Counted from the first letter of the stretch, positions 10,415 to 19,798 are shown. The stretch is 64,000 nucleotides of DNA from a bacterium (GCA_021785125.1 JAJYGF010000004.1:67124-131123), one strand, 5' to 3'. Notes: generated by a model from the letters alone, not told the origin. Translations and numbers: made by a program.

Positions 10415-10891
10415 TTAAACGGCGTCGGACGGCTTGACTACAACTTTTCTATTTTCTCCTTCGCCGATACTTTCCGTCTTAATGAGCGGGTTTTTAGCCA
10501 GCTCCATATGCACCAATCTTCTTTCATAGGCCGACATTGGCCGCAACACGATCGCCCTTTTTTCGCCTAGAACCTGATCAGCGATATCCTTAGCCAAATT
10601 TATAATAGAAGTGTTCTTTTCTTGGCGATAATTATTAACATCCAGGATGAAATTTATCTTGTCATCCGTCTTTTTCCTGGCCAAAACGCGGGCGATGTGC
10701 TGCAGAGACTGAAGATTTATGCCGTGCTGACCGATCAAAAAACTGGATTCCTCGGTTTTAATATTGCAGACAAGATTTTCTTTATCTTTTTCAACTTCGT
10801 GGATCATTTCCAATTCGCAAGAAAAACCCATCTTGTCCAACAGCTCGGAAATAACAGTGCTGATTATTTCCTCTAATGCTTTATTCTCCAT
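10415..10891 (-). CDS. jag: Jag/KhpB-like RNA-binding protein (KH plus R3H)
   Basis: R3H motif YERRLVHMEL and a KH-like GQHGINLQSLQHIARV. Lies immediately downstream of yidC, the conserved rnpA-yidC-jag order. Start set at the ATG (MENKALEE) that avoids overlap with yidC. Confidence 0.7.
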   Translation of the reverse strand: MENKALEEIISTVISELLDKMGFSCELEMIHEVEKDKENLVCNIKTEESSFLIGQHGINLQSLQHIARVLARKKTDDKINFILDVNNYRQEKNTSIINLAKDIADQVLGEKRAIVLRPMSAYERRLVHMELAKNPLIKTESIGEGENRKVVVKPSDAV

Positions 10892-10913
10892 ATATGTTAA
10901 TTTTACTATTATC

Positions 10914-11678
10914 TTATTTTGCCGCTGCGGCCGATCTTTCTTTTTTTTCCATATATTTTTGCTGTGCAATCATGAAAATGGTGGAAACCAGCCAATACAA
11001 GGCCAGTCCGGCCGGAAAACGTATTCCAATAAAAAGCGTCAGGAGCGGACCCAGAATCAGCATCTGCTTGGTCATCATTTGAGAGAAATCGGCCTGGTTG
11101 CTCTTGGCTGGCTTAACGACCTGTTTGGCCATTAGCATCTTAGTTTGGAAATATTGAGAACCGGCCGCCAGAACAACCAGAACGAGATGCGGCAAACCGG
11201 CTAAAGTCAGACGCGCTAAATTTATGGTCGCAGACAGATCGATTATACCCAAAAACATTTTGTTGATCTGTCTAGGATTATGAATAAATGAATAAACATC
11301 CCCGGAATTTATCATCAATCCCGCTTGCGAAATATTGAACAAGACCCGATAAATCGCAAGTAAAAAGATCAATTGGACAACCATCGGCACACATCCCGAA
11401 AGAGGATTGGCCTTATTTTCTTTGTACAGCTCCATAAGCGCGCGGCTCTGCTTTTCCTTGTCGTTTTTATGTCTTGCTTGCAATTCCTTGATTTTCGGAG
11501 AAAGCTCCTGCATCTTCTTTTGCGATTCTATTTGTTTCCGACTCAAGGGAATAAGCACCATTTTTATGGCAATCGTGACTAAAATGATCGCCACCCCGAA
11601 ATCGGGAATGATATCATAGACGAAAATCAACAGATTATAAATCGGCTGATATATTAAAGTATGAAATAAAAATGCCAT
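10914..11678 (-). CDS. yidC: Membrane protein insertase YidC (short form)
   Basis: YQPIYNLLIFVY...KMVLIPLSRKQIESQKKMQELSPKIKELQARHKNDKEKQSRALMELYKENKANPLSGCVPMVVQLIF. Confidence 0.85.
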   Translation of the reverse strand: MAFLFHTLIYQPIYNLLIFVYDIIPDFGVAIILVTIAIKMVLIPLSRKQIESQKKMQELSPKIKELQARHKNDKEKQSRALMELYKENKANPLSGCVPMVVQLIFLLAIYRVLFNISQAGLMINSGDVYSFIHNPRQINKMFLGIIDLSATINLARLTLAGLPHLVLVVLAAGSQYFQTKMLMAKQVVKPAKSNQADFSQMMTKQMLILGPLLTLFIGIRFPAGLALYWLVSTIFMIAQQKYMEKKERSAAAAK

Positions 11679-11681
11679 ATT

Positions 11682-12053
11682 TTAATCTTTTGAAGCTTTA
11701 TTGCCACCGGTATTGATTATTTGGGCTTTTTGCAGAACTTCGGAAACATTCTCTTTCCAGTTTATATTTTTGGTTTTTTCCTCTTCTTTTTTTCTGGCCA
11801 TAACCACAATATCCAAACCTTTTTTGATGTTTTTTAGCTCCGTTTGGAAAAGGTCTCGCAGTTTTCTTTTGACCAGATTCCTTTCCACGGCTTTTTTCGA
11901 ATATTTCAGTCCGACAATGAAACCTATTCTTGTCTGGCCGGATCCGTTTTCCAAAATTTTAAGAGCCAGATTGCGATAGGATACGAAATAACCAGCTTTT
12001 TGTACCATTTCATGGTCTCTTTTTTTAACCAAACGGTTTTTAAAAGGGAGCAT
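11682..12053 (-). CDS. rnpA: RNase P protein component
   Basis: VERNLVKRKLRD (the RNR-box-like motif). Sits 5 nt downstream of rpmH. Confidence 0.85.
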   Translation of the reverse strand: MLPFKNRLVKKRDHEMVQKAGYFVSYRNLALKILENGSGQTRIGFIVGLKYSKKAVERNLVKRKLRDLFQTELKNIKKGLDIVVMARKKEEEKTKNINWKENVSEVLQKAQIINTGGNKASKD

Positions 12054-12058
12054 CTCTT

Positions 12059-12202
12059 TTATTTCTGCGTCGTAGTTAGCCTTTTTCGCCCCTTAGCTCG
12101 CCTCCGTTTCAAGACAATCTGACCGGTTTTGGAAGAATTTCTTTTGCGAAAGCCCTGTCTTTTTTTACGACGGACGCTTGACGGTTTATATGTTTGACTC
12201 AT
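12059..12202 (-). CDS. rpmH: 50S ribosomal protein L34 (absent from the ORF track; 47 aa)
   Basis: My manual translation of the minus strand gives MSQTYKPSSVRRKKRQGFRKRNSSKTGQIVLKRRRAKGRKRLTTTQK*, a clear L34 signature. Confidence 0.8.
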   Translation of the reverse strand: MSQTYKPSSVRRKKRQGFRKRNSSKTGQIVLKRRRAKGRKRLTTTQK

Positions 12203-12371
12203 AGCCTTATTTTTAGCAAATTATCCCTTATTTAACTAATTTTAACTACTTTGAAGTGTACCAATTATTGCCGCCAAAGTCAATCGCGCGACTTTCGCCG
12301 AAAATTGTTCGAAATTTGCAATATCTTCGGATTTATAGTATGTCTTAAGGTAAGCGTTGATTCTATTAACA

Positions 12372-12416
12372 AGTTATCCACGCATTTATCCACATTTATT
12401 TTCGACAAGATTATCC
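12372..12416. promoter_or_regulatory. Cluster of three DnaA-box-like 9-mers upstream of dnaA
   Basis: gTTATCCACg, tTTATCCACA and aTTATCCGC lie in the same orientation within 45 bp, in the rpmH-dnaA intergenic region. Confidence 0.55.
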
Positions 12417-12465
12417 GCTGTGATATACTAAATTCTACACGACTCTTACTTTTAAATCCGTCCAC

Positions 12466-13839
12466 ATGACTAACGAGGAGCTTTGGCAAGCTGCTTTGGG
12501 GGAAATCGAGCTTTCTATTTCAAAGGCTAATTTTATTACGTGGTTTAAAAACACGTCGATTCTGTCCAACAAAGACGGCCGAGTAGTTATTGCCGTACCT
12601 AACGGCTTTGCCAAAGAGTGGCTGGAAAATAAATATAATCTTTATATTTTACGGGCTTTGCGCAATACCCAGAACGATATCCGGGAAGTTTCTTGCACGA
12701 TTGCCACCCTTCAGGACAATTTTAAAGAACAGCATTCCGTGGACGCAATTGTAGCCCCCAAAAAACCGATTCCAGTTCCTCCATTGGAAAAAACCCCCCA
12801 AATAAGCCAGGAAAATAATTTAAATCCCAAATATACTTTTGAAAACTTCATTATTGGCGGAAACAATGAACTGGCCAGAGCCGCCTGCTATGCCGTTTCT
12901 CAAAATTTAGGCCGTACTTACAATCCGCTTTTCATTTACGGCGGCGTCGGGCTGGGCAAAACTCACCTTTTGCAATCCATCGGCAATGAAATCATCAAAA
13001 AAGATCAGTCCAGAAAGGTAAAATACATCACCTCGGAAAGATTCACCAATGAATTGGTGGATGCCATACGCACCCAAAAAATCAATGAATTCAAGGAATA
13101 CTATCAGAAAATCGACCTTTTAATCATCGACGATGTTCAGTTTTTATCAGGTAAAGAAAAGACGCAAGAGGAGTTTTTTCACATATTTAACTATTTGCAT
13201 CAATTCAACAAACAAATAGTTTTGAGCAGCGATCGAGCGCCTAAGGCTATCCCCACCCTCGAAGAAAGATTGAGATCCCGCTTTGAAGGAGGAATGATTG
13301 CCGATGTGAGCAAAGCCGACTTTGAAACAAGATTGGCTATTTTGACAAAAAAGGCGCATGACGAAGGCTTAAACATAACCAAGGAAGCTTTAAATTTCAT
13401 TGCTGAAAATATAACCAATAATATTCGGGAATTAGAAGGAGCTTTGAACCGTGTTTCGGTTTCCGCCCAACTAAGCAACCAGGAGCTGGATCTAAAATAC
13501 GTCTCTTTTTTATTATCCAACCTCATTTCCAGTGGTAAGAAAAAGGGTATAACCCACAAAAACATCATTGACGCGGTTTCCGGTTTTTATGATATCAATC
13601 CTAATGACTTAATCGCCAAAAATCGAAAAAAGGAGGTTGCCAAACCCAGACAAATCGCTATGTTTCTTATGCGCAGCGAATTGCAATATTCTTATCCGGG
13701 AATAGGTGAAAAATTGGGCGGAAGGGACCACACCACCGCCATTCACGCTTTCGAAAAAATATCAAAAGAATTGGAATATAATGAAAAATTAATCGAGGAA
13801 TTATCCTCATTGAAAGAGCGCTTATACTCCATTACTTGA
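12466..13839 (+). CDS. dnaA: Chromosomal replication initiator DnaA
   Basis: Walker A GGVGLGKTHLL, the sensor and box VII region, and a C-terminal DnaA-box-binding domain (RQIAMFLMRSELQYSYPGIGEKLGGRDHTTAIHA). Confidence 0.95.
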   Translation: MTNEELWQAALGEIELSISKANFITWFKNTSILSNKDGRVVIAVPNGFAKEWLENKYNLYILRALRNTQNDIREVSCTIATLQDNFKEQHSVDAIVAPKKPIPVPPLEKTPQISQENNLNPKYTFENFIIGGNNELARAACYAVSQNLGRTYNPLFIYGGVGLGKTHLLQSIGNEIIKKDQSRKVKYITSERFTNELVDAIRTQKINEFKEYYQKIDLLIIDDVQFLSGKEKTQEEFFHIFNYLHQFNKQIVLSSDRAPKAIPTLEERLRSRFEGGMIADVSKADFETRLAILTKKAHDEGLNITKEALNFIAENITNNIRELEGALNRVSVSAQLSNQELDLKYVSFLLSNLISSGKKKGITHKNIIDAVSGFYDINPNDLIAKNRKKEVAKPRQIAMFLMRSELQYSYPGIGEKLGGRDHTTAIHAFEKISKELEYNEKLIEELSSLKERLYSIT

Positions 13840-13845
13840 TAAATT

Positions 13846-14108
13846 GTGGATAATTTGTAGATTAATCTGGTTTTTCTTTGTACATAACACCGCGTCAAAT
13901 AGTGGTTCATACCCTTCACACCCAAATCACTTTTTCAAACCCGACAATGCATCACCATCCACTCCCATGTGTCCCACTGTTCTTATTTACACTTTATCCA
14001 CAAAAAATTTGCTTTATTTAAAGCTATTTTCAGACTTATCCACATAAATAATTTTTTTAATAAAAACAATTTCTATAATAAATATTTATATTATATCTTA
14101 TTAAAACT
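13846..14108. promoter_or_regulatory. oriC-like region: DnaA boxes plus an AT-rich unwinding element between dnaA and dnaN
   Basis: TGTGGATAA at 13846, TTATCCACA near 13993 and cTTATCCACA near 14036, followed by a ~70 bp stretch at 14041-14108 that is more than 85% A+T. Confidence 0.5.
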
Positions 14109-15263
14109 ATGAAACTCACTTGCACTAAAGAAAACTTCAAAAAAGCTGTGTTTAATTGCGAAAGGATGGTTTCAAAACAAAGCACACTTCCTATTTTAAA
14201 TAATATTTTATTTGAAACGGAAAAAGGAGGCTTAAAACTATCCGCCACTAATTTAGAAATAGGAGTCTCGGTAAAAATCGGAGCTAAAATTGAAAAGGAA
14301 GGCAAAATAACAATACCAGCTAAATTAATAGGTAATTTCGCGAATAATCTAACTGATGGAGAAAATGTGGTTTTAGAAATGGTTGACCAGGGCTTGAAGA
14401 TAAAAAGCGGCTCGTCCAAGGCTGTGATAAAAGGGATTGCCGCTGATGACTTCCCATTGCTTCCCAAAAAAAATACGGATTATTTACTAAGAATTCCAGG
14501 TGAGAGATTGAAAAGCATCATTTCGAAGGTTATAATTTGTGTCGCTTTTAATGAAGCGCGACAGGAGCTGACCGGAATCAATCTTATTTTAGGAGAAAAG
14601 AGTATTTTTTTTGCCGCTACTGACAGTTTTAGATTGGCAGAAGACAAACTGGAGTTGAATATTGATGATGTAAACAAAGACTACTATGATTTTATAAGGA
14701 AAAAAGCTAGTGTAATAATTCCGGCGAATACTTTTTTGGAATTGGCGCGTATCATTTCCGGGGAAGAAAATGGGGAAGTGAGGTTGGCAATTGAAAACGA
14801 GCAGATTTTTATAGAAGTGGATGGCACCAATATCGTTTCAAGGCTTATTAATGGAAAATATCCGGAATATAAACATATTATGCCGGCCGAATTTAAAACC
14901 AGGATAGTTGTGGATAAAAATCAAATCCAGGGAGCGGTAAAAATGGCCAGTATGTTTTCGGCTGGAAAAACCAACGAGGTTGTTTTTAAGGCCGACGCTG
15001 ATGCAAAAAAGTTTACAATTGAAGCTAAAAGCGCTGAAGTGGGCGAGAATTCATCGGAATTGGCTGTGGATATCACAGGAGAACCGCAAAGAGTCGTGGT
15101 TAATTCGAAGTATTTTTTGGATGGATTAAGCACCATTTCCACCCAAAAAACAGCCATCTTGATCAATAGTGAAGCGACGCCCGTGGCTATCCGCGAAATA
15201 AATGAGAAAACCGGAGAAGTGTTGAAAGATTATACTTATATTGTTATGCCGATCAAAAACTGA
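14109..15263 (+). CDS. dnaN: DNA polymerase III beta sliding clamp
   Basis: Length and three-domain pattern fit; the N-terminus is MKLTCTKENFKKAV...STLPILNNILFE. Confidence 0.9.
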   Translation: MKLTCTKENFKKAVFNCERMVSKQSTLPILNNILFETEKGGLKLSATNLEIGVSVKIGAKIEKEGKITIPAKLIGNFANNLTDGENVVLEMVDQGLKIKSGSSKAVIKGIAADDFPLLPKKNTDYLLRIPGERLKSIISKVIICVAFNEARQELTGINLILGEKSIFFAATDSFRLAEDKLELNIDDVNKDYYDFIRKKASVIIPANTFLELARIISGEENGEVRLAIENEQIFIEVDGTNIVSRLINGKYPEYKHIMPAEFKTRIVVDKNQIQGAVKMASMFSAGKTNEVVFKADADAKKFTIEAKSAEVGENSSELAVDITGEPQRVVVNSKYFLDGLSTISTQKTAILINSEATPVAIREINEKTGEVLKDYTYIVMPIKN

Positions 15264-15397
15264 CAGGGATTTTGGTGAAGAATCAGAAAGCGTATCAAGG
15301 AACAATAAAGATGACGCAGAGGCAATAAGCGCCTAACAAAAGAAATGTTTGTATGAGGGCGTTTTTTGTTTCTTGACAAAAACAGAGCGGACAATAT

Positions 15398-15414
15398 ATA
15401 CTCTAGGGGAGTAT
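15398..15414. promoter_or_regulatory. Putative CsoR-family operator (ATACTC-tagGG-GAGTAT inverted repeat)
   Basis: A GC-cored palindrome overlapping the presumptive -10 region, about 20 bp upstream of the csoR-like gene. It resembles Bacillus CsoR boxes (TACCC-N-GGGTA). Confidence 0.45.
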
Positions 15415-15433
15415 GGAATATATCTAAATTCAA

Positions 15434-15703
15434 ATGTCAAAACCCAAAAAAGAAAATATAAAAAGCGATTCGCATGAAAAAGTCTTAAAAAGACTGGCGA
15501 GGGCGGAGGGACAAATCAGGGGCATAAGACGCATGGTGGAAGAAGGGCGCGAATGCATCGATGTTATCCAGCAGGTGACTGCTATCCGGCAAGCTATCGC
15601 AATGTTGGGAATAGAGCTTTTAAAGGATGATTTCATATGCAAAAGAAAAGAGCGAAAAGAAATTGACGAAAAATATTTGGAAACTCTTTTCAAGATAAAA
15701 TAA
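15434..15703 (+). CDS. CsoR/RcnR/FrmR-family metal(loid)-sensing transcriptional repressor
   Basis: LKRLARAEGQIRGIRRMVEEGRECIDVIQQVTAIRQAIAMLGIELL, with a conserved Cys in helix 2 and His/Cys in helix 3. Confidence 0.8.
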   Translation: MSKPKKENIKSDSHEKVLKRLARAEGQIRGIRRMVEEGRECIDVIQQVTAIRQAIAMLGIELLKDDFICKRKERKEIDEKYLETLFKIK

Positions 15704-15705
15704 TC

Positions 15706-16761
15706 ATGGGAAAAATACTTGACAATATTCAAAAACATCTTTTCATTTGGATTTTAGCGGCTATTTTTGGAGGGCTTGCCGGCGTATATTTTTTTGGCGG
15801 CTATGAATTCAGCACCATTATTTGCGTCCTGGCCGCGCTTTTGATGATTTATCCTTCACTGGTTCCCCTGTCATTTTATAAGTTGCATCACGCATTCAAA
15901 CATAAAAAAATCATCATGTTTTCGGTGGGTTTGAACTTTATTCTGTCACCGGCGCTTGCTTTGATTATCGGACGGCTTTTTTTGGTCGGTTTTCCCACGT
16001 TGCGCTTAGGATTGCTCTTGATCTCTCTTCTGCCGGGTGGCGGAATGGCTACGACATGGGCGCATAAGTCCAAAGCGGACATGTTGACGACTCTCGGAAT
16101 CATCTTTACCAATCTGGCGGTGGCCATAGTTGCGGTGCCGTTTAGCATTTCTTTGGCGCTGGAAAAATGGGCTTTTTCCAGCACATCCGCCGGCCCGGCC
16201 GTTTGCGCGATAAGCCAAGCCACAAAGGGCGTTCTGGCTTGCGGATCTGCCACGACCACTGTCAGTCCGTTAAGAATCATTGGGCCGATTGTAATCATAA
16301 TCATAATCCCCATGATTCTGGCCTATCTGACGCAAATGCTTATTAAGAACAAAAAAGGAACGGAATATTTTGAAAAAATAAAAGCAAATTTTGCCAAAGT
16401 CAGCAATTTGGGGCTGGTTGTGGTCTTGTTTGTCCTGATGGGTCTCAAAGAAAACAGTTTTTTGTTCAATCATGCCGGATGGATACTGGCTTCGATCGTT
16501 CCGCTCATGCTTTTTTACGGTATCAATATTCTGGTTGCGTTAGGTGTGTATAAAAAATTTTTCCGGAATGCGGCAGGAAAGGCTATGGTGTGGGGATCAT
16601 ATCTGCGATACATAACGTTGGCGCTGGGATTATCAATCTCATTTGTTTATACCGATCCGGCTCTGGTCTCGATGGTGATAATCGTTGTTTTGGCATATTT
16701 CATCCAAATTCCATCCTCGTTCTGGCTGGCGGAGAAATTACAGGAAGACAAAGTTAATTAA
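15706..16761 (+). CDS. BASS/ACR3-family permease (bile acid:Na+ symporter / arsenical-resistance-3-like)
   Basis: About 10 TM segments; the motifs are LIGRLFLVGFP...LLLISLLPGGGMATTWAHKSKAD. It is 2 nt after the csoR-like stop, so the two are probably co-transcribed. Confidence 0.55.
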   Translation: MGKILDNIQKHLFIWILAAIFGGLAGVYFFGGYEFSTIICVLAALLMIYPSLVPLSFYKLHHAFKHKKIIMFSVGLNFILSPALALIIGRLFLVGFPTLRLGLLLISLLPGGGMATTWAHKSKADMLTTLGIIFTNLAVAIVAVPFSISLALEKWAFSSTSAGPAVCAISQATKGVLACGSATTTVSPLRIIGPIVIIIIIPMILAYLTQMLIKNKKGTEYFEKIKANFAKVSNLGLVVVLFVLMGLKENSFLFNHAGWILASIVPLMLFYGINILVALGVYKKFFRNAAGKAMVWGSYLRYITLALGLSISFVYTDPALVSMVIIVVLAYFIQIPSSFWLAEKLQEDKVN

Positions 16762-16785
16762 TTAATTTATTTATAAATAACAAAA

Positions 16786-17115
16786 ATGAGCAAAGTTATC
16801 ATTTTGACACGCGAGAACTTCGAGGCGGAAGTTCTGAAGTCGAATCTGCCGATTTTGGTGGATTTTTGGGCTCCATGGTGCGGTCCATGCCGGATGATGG
16901 CTCCAGTTTTGGATGAGTTGTCGGAAGAATTGGCCGGCAAAGCCAAGATTGCCAAGTTGGATGTGGAAGATCCGAACCATCAAGATTTGGCCATGCAATA
17001 TAATATTCAGAGCATTCCGAACATGAAGCTTTTCAAGGGAGGAAAAGTTGCCAAGGATTTTATCGGATTCCGTCCGAAAGAAGTTTTCAAAGAAGAGCTT
17101 GAGAAGGAAATATAG
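16786..17115 (+). CDS. trxA: Thioredoxin
   Basis: WAPWCGPCRMMAP active site; 109 aa. Confidence 0.9.
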   Translation: MSKVIILTRENFEAEVLKSNLPILVDFWAPWCGPCRMMAPVLDELSEELAGKAKIAKLDVEDPNHQDLAMQYNIQSIPNMKLFKGGKVAKDFIGFRPKEVFKEELEKEI

Positions 17116-17240
17116 GCCTGCTTTTTAGCTCAGATACCTTTTTATTTTCAGCTGAAATTGCTAAGAAAGGAGTCTGCATATAATTTTCGCAATTAGCCTG
17201 AAAATAAAAAGTATCTTCGCTAAAAAATTAAGAAAAAAAT

Positions 17241-18167
17241 ATGGAAAATGATATATATGATCTGGCTATAATTGGAACCGGTCCGGCCGGATTGTCCGCT
17301 TCTTTGTATGCGTCGCGTTTCGGCATCAATCACGTCGTGATCGGAGGTCTGATGGGCGGATTGATTTCCGAATCGCATCACATCGACAACTATCTCGGCG
17401 TCGAAGATGCGACCGGATTTGAATTCGGCCAAAAAATAACCGACCATGTCAAAAAGTATGGCGTGGAAATTATTCCGATCCTGGTGCGACATATTGAAAA
17501 AGAAAATAATCTTTTCAAATTGAGTTTGGACAGCACCAAGGAAATAAAAGCCAGGACCATATTGCTCGCGACCGGAACCAAACGACGCAAATTAGGTGCC
17601 AAAGGCGAAGAAGAATTTGCCGGCAAGGGCATTTCCTATTGCGCGACTTGCGATGGATTTTTTTACAAAGGAAAAACCGTGGCCGTCGTGGGTGGCAGCG
17701 ACAGCGCGGCGGGGGCCGCTATCTATCTGGCCGACATTGCCGAAAAAGTTTATGTGATATATCGCGGTTCCGAATTAAGATGCGAGACGTACTGGAAGAA
17801 AAAAATCGAAGAGAATCCGAAAATAAAGGTGCTTTGCGGATATAATCTGAAAGAAGTTGCGGGAGATCAAAAATTACAAAAAGTGATTTTGGATAACGAT
17901 TATGAAGGCAAAAGCGAAATCGAATTGGACGGGTTGTTTATCGAAGTCGGATCCGATCCGAGCGTAGATTTTGCGAAAGATCTGGGAGTGGAAGAGGATA
18001 AAAGTGGATATATAAAAATACGGTCCGATTGCTCCACTTCAATTGAAGGCGTCTGGGCGGCCGGTGACATTACCGACGGTTCGGACAAATTCCGGCAAGT
18101 GATCACAGCGGCAGCCGAAGGCGCGATCGCTGCCCGAAGCATCTTTAATTATCTAAAGAGAAAATAA
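17241..18167 (+). CDS. trxB: Thioredoxin-disulfide reductase
   Basis: FAD-binding motif GTGPAGLSA, redox centre CATCDG, NADPH-binding motif GGSDSAAGAAIYLA. Confidence 0.9.
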   Translation: MENDIYDLAIIGTGPAGLSASLYASRFGINHVVIGGLMGGLISESHHIDNYLGVEDATGFEFGQKITDHVKKYGVEIIPILVRHIEKENNLFKLSLDSTKEIKARTILLATGTKRRKLGAKGEEEFAGKGISYCATCDGFFYKGKTVAVVGGSDSAAGAAIYLADIAEKVYVIYRGSELRCETYWKKKIEENPKIKVLCGYNLKEVAGDQKLQKVILDNDYEGKSEIELDGLFIEVGSDPSVDFAKDLGVEEDKSGYIKIRSDCSTSIEGVWAAGDITDGSDKFRQVITAAAEGAIAARSIFNYLKRK

Positions 18168-18291
18168 AGCAATAGAAAATAGTTTTCCGAAAAATATGAT
18201 TTTAGAGCCGGAATTGATAGGAAAGGATACTGATTTATAATTTTCGCAATTAGCCTCTAAAATCATATTTTTTCGGTCAACCAGCAAATAT

Positions 18292-19539
18292 ATGGAAAAA
18301 GAAAAAAATGTCTTTGGTTTGGTTTTGCAGAATTTTGCCAAAATAAAAGACCTGATCAAATTGGACGATAATATTTATACCCAACTTTTAGCGCCGCAGA
18401 AATTTCTGGAAGTGAATGTGCCGGTCAAAATGGACAACGGAACGATAAAAGTTTTCAAAGGATTCCGTTCGCAATTCAACGACGCGCGCGGACCATACAA
18501 GGGCGGTATCCGTTTTCATCCACAAGTGGATGAAAGTGAGGTGAAAGCCTTATCCGCTTGGATGGCGCTCAAGACGGCGGTCGTGAATATTCCTCTGGGT
18601 GGTGGAAAAGGCGGTGTGATAGTAAATCCTATGGAACTGTCTCAAAAAGAGCTGGAGGAGCTTTCCAGAGGCTATATCCGAGCCATCAGTAAATTGATCG
18701 GACCGGATCTGGATGTGCCGGCGCCGGATGTGTACACGGATCCAAAAATCATGGGCTGGATGCTGGATGAGTATGAAAAATTGAACGGAGGAAGGCATAT
18801 TCCGGGCGTGATCACCGGCAAGCCTTTGAGCATCGGCGGTTCAGAGGCGCGTTCATATTCAACGGCTCAAGGCGGATTCTATGCTTTGGACATGGCGGCC
18901 AAAAAGATCGGACTTTCCGAGGGGGCAACGGTAGCTATCCAAGGATTCGGCAATGCCGGCGCGCATATGGCCAAAATTTTGCAAAAAGCCGGCTATAAGA
19001 TTATTGCTATCAGTGATTCCAAAGGGACGGCGGTCAATGTGATGGGGTTGGATGTGGCGGATGTGGAAAGGCATAAAAAGAAAACCGGTTCGGTGGCTGA
19101 TTATCCGGGCGCGGAAGAGATTGGCGAGAAACATCTTTTTGATCAGGAAGCGGACATCTTGATTCCGGCCGCGCTTGAAAATTCAATCCAAGCGCAAGAC
19201 GCGGAAAAAATCAAAGTGAAGCTCATTGTAGAATTGGCCAATGGGCCGGTCACGCCGGAAGCGGATGAAATATTTGCGAAAAGAAATATCGTGGTCGTGC
19301 CAGACATCTTGGCCAATGCCGGCGGAGTGATCGTGAGTTACTTCGAGCAGGTCCAAAATGCCTACGGATATTATTGGAGCGAAGAAGAAGTTTTGGAAAA
19401 GCTGGAAGAAAAAATGAAAACTTCTTTCGATGAAATTTGGGCGAAGAAGGAAGAATATCAGGTCAGCATGCGTCTCGGTGCATATATCTTGGCGATTGAA
19501 AGAATTGCCGAGGCGATGAAGGATCGGGGAATGGCGTAA
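18292..19539 (+). CDS. gdhA: Glutamate dehydrogenase (Glu/Leu/Phe/Val dehydrogenase family)
   Basis: KGGIRFHPQVDESEVKALSAWMALKTAVVNIPLGGGKGG, and a C-terminal NAD(P)-binding motif GFGNAGAHMA. Confidence 0.9.
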   Translation: MEKEKNVFGLVLQNFAKIKDLIKLDDNIYTQLLAPQKFLEVNVPVKMDNGTIKVFKGFRSQFNDARGPYKGGIRFHPQVDESEVKALSAWMALKTAVVNIPLGGGKGGVIVNPMELSQKELEELSRGYIRAISKLIGPDLDVPAPDVYTDPKIMGWMLDEYEKLNGGRHIPGVITGKPLSIGGSEARSYSTAQGGFYALDMAAKKIGLSEGATVAIQGFGNAGAHMAKILQKAGYKIIAISDSKGTAVNVMGLDVADVERHKKKTGSVADYPGAEEIGEKHLFDQEADILIPAALENSIQAQDAEKIKVKLIVELANGPVTPEADEIFAKRNIVVVPDILANAGGVIVSYFEQVQNAYGYYWSEEEVLEKLEEKMKTSFDEIWAKKEEYQVSMRLGAYILAIERIAEAMKDRGMA

Positions 19540-19549
19540 AACTTCGAAT

Positions 19550-19587
19550 AAAAAAACAGCCTTATTCTATAGGGCTGTTTTTGTTTT
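19550..19587 (+). terminator. Rho-independent terminator after gdhA
   Basis: aaaaaaaCAGCCttattctataGGGCTGtttttgtttt. Confidence 0.6.
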
Positions 19588-19725
19588 CCAAAAGCTCTGG
19601 ATATTCGATTGCCATCTGGGTGAATTTGTCCATCTGATATATTTCGTTTATTTCCACTTGGCGGATCTGGTCTTTGAATGACAATGCCTTTTTTATTGCC
19701 TAAAATCCGGTTTTTTGATAGCATG

Positions 19726-19757
19726 GGGGTTAATATTAACCGGTTAATAGTAACCCC
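19726..19757. promoter_or_regulatory. Palindromic candidate operator (GGTTAATATTAACC core) upstream of the wHTH-PRTase gene
   Basis: ggggTTAATATTAAccGGTTAATAgtAAcccc lies immediately 5' of a TTGACC-17-TATAAT promoter. The TATAAT is 6 nt from the ATG, so the transcript is probably leaderless. Confidence 0.45.
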
Positions 19758-19798
19758 ATTATATTGACCTGTAGATAAAATAGTGCTATAATGAAGGC

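Noticed and set aside
10355-10570. 71-aa ORF with M start between the flippase and jag
   Set aside because: The 'M' is a GTG in the supplied track. There is no RBS, and it overlaps the 3' end of the jag gene on the opposite strand. Likely spurious.
10860-10925. Apparent 1-nt discrepancies between the printed sequence and the ORF-track translations (an extra C near 10860, a missing T near 10918)
   Set aside because: The two cancel out and most likely reflect my reading of the text rather than biology. I therefore relied on ORF-track coordinates and did not call frameshifts in jag/yidC.
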